64,000 nt of DNA from Emiliania huxleyi CCMP1516 (lineage: Eukaryota): positions 237,089-301,088 of the forward strand of contig NW_005201183.1 of assembly GCF_000372725.1 (NCBI RefSeq). The letters are read 5' to 3'. Below are positions 59,492-64,000 of the stretch, piece after piece. The notes beneath the pieces were generated by a model that was given only the letters and a program-made list of their open reading frames with translations, was not told the DNA's origin and did not search any database. The stretch's first letter is position 1, and the number at the start of each line of letters is the position of its first letter. Position numbers and translations under genes: made by a program.

Positions 59492-60640
59492 TGCGCAAGA
59501 GGAGCGGTAGCGCCTGAGCTCCCAGGCGGCTGCGCCGGCCGCGCGGGCCGTGGGCGCAGCGTGGGGCCGGGAGCGGCCTGCTCCGTGCTCATGTGTCCAG
59601 CGTCTCTAGACGATTACAAAGGATCGGACGTCACGCACATTTTGACAGGGACGTCGGAAATCGGACACATCCACTGGGACGAGTCAATTCATTCACTAGA
59701 ATGACTAGAAAGGGCACCCATGGGGGGTGATCGCATCCCCCCCAATGGCGGCGGGCGCCGCAGAGCCGGCATTGTGGAGTCAATCCCCCCCATTGCGCGC
59801 GCGCGCATTGGTGGCGAAGTCGACGCTGCGCCTCAGCTTGTCGCGCGCGACCCACTTGGTGAGGAAGTCGGCGGGCATGAGGTCGTCTGCGATCTTGACG
59901 ACGCGGCACTCGCCCTCGGCCATGCGGCGCTGGAGCGTGTGGTACCGGCGGAGGAAGTGGCGCGAGCGCGACGCGGACATGGCATTGTTGGCGACGAGGA
60001 CGTTGGCCTTGTTGTCCGAGAGGATGACCGTGGGCCCGGCGGGTGGCGCTCCGAGGGCAAGGAGGACGACGCGCGCGTAAGAGACGTGCTCCCCGGCCTT
60101 GGCGGTGGCGATAGCCTCGCACTCGTGCGACGAGTCGACGATCAGGCCAACCTTCTTCGTGCAGTGGTAGACGGCGGCGCCAAAGCACGTGAGGACGATG
60201 CCGTAGAGGTCGAGGTCCCCGTTCCACGTGGCGTCGGCGGCGGCAGCGAGATCGGCAGGCGCGTGCGAGTCGAGCCCCGCGATGTGGGCCTGCATGTGCC
60301 CCTGAAGCTCGGCGACAGCGCGAGGCCCGCCGTACGTGATCCCGTCGTCCCTAGCTCGTAGGCCATGTTGAGGGCGGCGCGCGCGACGTCGTAGGCGGCC
60401 GGCGGCGGCGCAGACATCACGCACGAGAGGCGGTGGAGGACCAGACAGAGCTTCGGCTGGACACGCTCGACGAACTTGAGGTGGCCGATGATGCTCTGCG
60501 TCCGCACCTGCTGCGGCGTCACAAAGGATCGGACGTCACGCACATTTTGACAGGGACGTCGGAAATCGGACACATCCACTGGGACGAGTCAATTCATTCA
60601 CTAGAATGACTAGAAAGGGCACCCATGGGGGGTGATCGCA
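59492..60640 (-). mobile_element. Internally deleted Ty1/Copia LTR retrotransposon with 5-bp TSD
   Basis: GGCTG at 59487-59491 and 60641-60645; TG..CA termini. 3' LTR 59492-59735, partial 5' LTR 60521-60640, PPT at 59736-59746. RT end and RNase H: QSIIGHL, ADATW, SSHECEAIA, LSDNKA, RSRHF, MPADFLTK. Confidence 0.92.
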
Positions 60641-60759
60641 GGCTGCCGTCATCGCATTCGCCCTGGGACCCAGCGCTGACTTCTGACTGTCGATGCTGTC
60701 TCTCCCTTCTCGACTGTCTGAGCTTGTGCGTCTTGGGTCCTGTGTGAAACAACGGCACC

Positions 60760-61466
60760 ATGTATGCGGCGGCCAACATGGTCCGTGCACGAGCCTGCGG
60801 CAAGCTCGTGCTCGGTGACAAGGCGAACCCTCAGACGACTTTTCATCTCAACGAGGGGCACGTCACCGACATGTGCGAGATCGGCGGGGACCTGCAGTCC
60901 CAGCGCGATGTCCACTACGAAAGTCAAGGTGCCTAGCGCCCTCACAAAGACCTGAGGCAGGCTGGGCAGGGCTCGCGGCGGCACACGGCGGATGCTGTGC
61001 GTCACTGGGCCACAAGTTTGGTTTCGGCAACACCCTCGACCAAACCTTGCTCAAGGTTCTTGGGTGCAAAGAGCGCGGCCACAAGTCACAGGGCCCGCTC
61101 GTCCATGCGACCGGTAAAGGCTGGGTCAAAGGGCACAAGGGACAGTACTACGACGCGCTCCATGTCAAGAACGGAATCGTCAAAATTTGTCTCGTCGAAA
61201 GCCAGGGCGGCATCGCGCCGCCGACCAAGAGAATCATCTTCAACTTCGCCAAAGAGGTCGGCAGCCCGAGCGCCGTCGACCGCACCGACTACGGCACAGC
61301 CTCCGGCAGCGCCCGGGGCTTTGTCCAGCACCACTCGCAACAGCTCTCGCGCGCCGCCGTCTGTGGCGACGCGCAAAACATCAACAACGCTGCTCGCAAC
61401 ATGCGTGTCGCGCACTCATTCATGACCGGTCTCAATGCCCCACCCCCCTGCGCGCGGGCCTTCTAG
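60760..61466 (+). mobile_element. Degenerate C-terminal fragment of a second probable RLE-type retroelement
   Basis: NEGHVTD...HYE/VKVPSAL (frameshift and stop), GHKFGFGNT, YYDAL, LVESQGG, FVQHHSQQLSRAAV. Confidence 0.45.
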
Positions 61467-61622
61467 GCCCGCGGGTAGTCTCCCCCCATTCCCAGGGCCT
61501 CCAGGGCTCGCACCTCAACCTCCCACAGACCAGCGCACAGCGCCATCGGACGTATTTTCTTCTCAATAACAAGGCTGTGAATAAGGTGCCGTGAATATGT
61601 GCCCGGAAACTCCTCCACGTGA

Positions 61623-62746
61623 ATGAAGTCACTTCATCGCGCGCCCATCGCGCTGCTCCTCCTCTCCTCCGCAGGCGCGTGCCTGCCGCAAACGCGCGTC
61701 GCCGTCTGTGTCGCTGAGAGCAAGTGCTCCGCCTCCGTCACGCGCCACGGGCCGCTTTCGGCGCTTTCATGCAGCAGCGCACAGACGCACAGAGGGCCAC
61801 GCACAGAGACAGTCCAGACGGCTCGGCACGCCGCGGCCGCGCGCTGACCGCGCGTCCGCCGCGCCCGCAGCGCTGCTCTTCGCCGACGAGGAGATCGACG
61901 TCGACCGGACCGACTTTTCTGACCCCGCGCTCTCTGCTGAGCTCGAGGCCGAGGGCCCGAGCGAGCACGTCGAGTCTGCGGCGCTGCTTCCGGATGCCAT
62001 CGACGACAGTGCGCGCCGCCGGCCCGCCTGCGCTTTCGCCGCCGTTGGCCGCCGCCGGTCCCCGCGCAGACGTGCGTCTCTCACGCCTGCCGCCCGCCCG
62101 TCTGGCCGCGCGCAGAGGTGGAGATTGGGGCAAACAACACGCTGCTCATCGCGCTGTCGAACCTGGGCGGCAAGATGTATAACGTGACGCACGTCGACGG
62201 CCACCTCGAGGAGCTCGGCTCCGGCAAGCAGCTCGGCAAGTTTCGCCGGCAGAGCTTTGGCGAGCCTCTCGGCCCGCGCGAGCAGCGCTCGTTCCGGCAC
62301 CGCCTCCCGCGCCTCCGCTCTTGGCACCGCCAAACCCTACCCCTCACACCGACACGGACACCGACCCTAGGTACCTCTTCGTGCCCCCGCTGAGCATCAA
62401 GCCCGACGCGTACCGCCTCGTCTTCTCCATCTACTACCAGAACCGCGACGCCGCCAAGTTTGTGGACGCCATCTTCAACGAGACCGCCAACCTGGTGCCA
62501 GCCACCGACCTCGGGATCGACGCCGACATGATGCTGCTCGCGGGCGGCGCGGCGGCGGGCGCGGCGATGCTCTTCGCCATCGGCTACCTGCTCTCCTCGG
62601 GCAGCGGGGCGCCGCCGGCCAAGGCCAAGAAGGCCGCGGCGTCGGCGAAGGCGAGCGGCAACGGCGAGGCGAGCGAATGGCTGCAGGGCACGGCGGCGGG
62701 CAGCGAGGGCAAGCCGCGCAGCGGGCGCTCCAAGAAGCGGTCGTGA
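61623..62746 (+). CDS. SSR1: Translocon-associated protein alpha (TRAP-alpha/SSR1-like), 4 exons
   Basis: Exons 61623-61674, 61871-62008, 62116-62296, 62371-62746. Signal peptide, acidic N-terminus, LIALSN, SFRYLF.P, IFNET, single TM, EWL and a basic tail. Confidence 0.8.
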
Positions 62747-62765
62747 AGCGGCCGAGAGAGGGAGG

Positions 62766-62769
<4 letters not shown>

Positions 62770-62810
<41 letters not shown>

Positions 62811-62821
62811 GAGAGAGAGAG
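62770..62821. repeat. (GA)n microsatellite
   Basis: Directly visible. Confidence 0.95.
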
Positions 62822-63368
62822 GACGTGGCTGCGCTGGAAGCTGGCTGGAAGTCGACTAGGACCCGGCACTGTGCCGAGAGGCCGTGGCCGAGGGTGTGCG
62901 TCGAGCGTGCACTCGACCCGCTCGTAGTACCACACAATCTGACACCACAGTTGGATGCTTGGATCCATATGAACTTTTCACGAACTGAGAACTGTGAACT
63001 CGTGCTCCCTTCAGCAGCCTTCTCGGCCCTGTGAGCTGTGTGCGCACACGCAGGTCACAGCAGCACAGATACGACAAGGTGATCAGCTGATCACAGAGAA
63101 GCGGTCCGACAGGTTCGGCACCGGGCACCGCCTCGGTATACAAAATGCGCCTGCGGGCGGACCCTCACAGATCACAGATCGCACAGATAGTTATCCAGGA
63201 TCTTGCCCCACCACCTCGTGTGTGTGGAGAGAATACCTTACCTTACCTTACCTACTGTGCAGAAACCACAGGACGCACGCCGTCTCCGACTCATCCGCCG
63301 AGGGATTCGGATTCTCAGGTCGGTGGCTCGGTGCGCGCCGGGGACTGTGCAACTGGCGGGCGCCCACT

Positions 63369-64000
63369 ATGCCTCTCTTCGTGTACGCCCCGCCTTTTTA
63401 TCTCCTCCTCCTGCTCCCGACGGCGCGGGCCTTCGCGCCACGTTTCGGTGCGGTGAGACGGCCGACACCCTCAAGCCAGATGGTCGCCGACAGCCGCACC
63501 CGGAGCAAGGCTCAGGGGCGCGGTGGCTGCTGCCACAAGGCGTCCGACTGCCTGGCATCGACGGCTGGTAATCCGGAGGGTGCGAGCGAGCCGCCAGAGC
63601 CGTCGTTGCCGACACGACAGTGCGGCGCGCCTCGTGCTCCTCCCGTGTCGCTCAGCGCCGCAGCGGCCACCTCGTGCGAGGCGCTGCTCCGTTCGACGTT
63701 CGAAGGCATCGTCGACGCCGACGCCGTCGCCTCGGCCTGCGCCTCGGACGTGGAGTGGGACGACATGTCTGCGGGCGGCCCCGTGAGCGGCCCTGCCGCC
63801 GTTCGGTCGCTGATAGCGGCAAAGTACCCTCGCGGCACACGCCTCGTGCTCGACCGCGTCTCGGACGGTCGCACCTCGGGCGGCTTCGTCTTCCACCGCG
63901 AGGCGGAGGACCGGCCCGGCGCGGTCGGCCTGCGCGGCACGCTCTTTGCAGAGCTCGACGCGGTGCGGCACACTTCTCCCTCTGCCTTCCCTCTCTCGTC
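63369..64000 (+). CDS. Plastid-targeted SnoaL/NTF2-like protein, runs off the window end
   Basis: Open frame from ATG 63369: MPLFVYAPPFYLLLLLPTARAFAP (signal peptide plus ASAFAP-like motif), then ASDVEWDDM...GPAAVRSL...LVLDRVSDG..SGGFVFH...GLRGTLF. Absent from the ORF track because it has no stop in the window. Confidence 0.65.
   Translation, partial: MPLFVYAPPFYLLLLLPTARAFAPRFGAVRRPTPSSQMVADSRTRSKAQGRGGCCHKASDCLASTAGNPEGASEPPEPSLPTRQCGAPRAPPVSLSAAAATSCEALLRSTFEGIVDADAVASACASDVEWDDMSAGGPVSGPAAVRSLIAAKYPRGTRLVLDRVSDGRTSGGFVFHREAEDRPGAVGLRGTLFAELDAVRHTSPSAFPLS

Overview
This is a GC-rich eukaryotic draft scaffold with four N-gaps. By inference it comes from a haptophyte alga such as Emiliania/Gephyrocapsa huxleyi, given the fucoxanthin-chlorophyll antenna gene, many GC-AG introns and an intronic (TTAGGG)n tract. 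About 18 host genes or gene fragments are recognisable: a bacterial-like sirtuin, a ShK+FkbM methyltransferase, a two-repeat Myb protein, a 2OG-Fe(II) oxygenase, a CDF transporter, METTL9/DREV, a Pro-rich surface protein, RPC3, RCC1 and F-box-RCC1 genes, Pho88/SND3, a stand-alone MICAL-like monooxygenase, an LHC, an ankyrin protein, an XEG113-like GT77, an amidase, TRAP-alpha and a plastid-targeted SnoaL-like protein. The intergenic space is layered with mobile DNA, several pieces with recoverable target-site duplications (TSDs). These include a TTA-flanked TIR element with a nested insertion, an 8-bp-TSD element built from TGTAGAG arrays, a deleted Copia element with a 5-bp TSD, and LINE/RLE fragments. 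The most intriguing signal is that in five unrelated genes the first 10-28 nt of short GC-AG introns are degenerate copies of the start of the next exon, the footprint expected if introns are gained by tandem duplication. All family assignments come from motif recognition by eye, not database searches.
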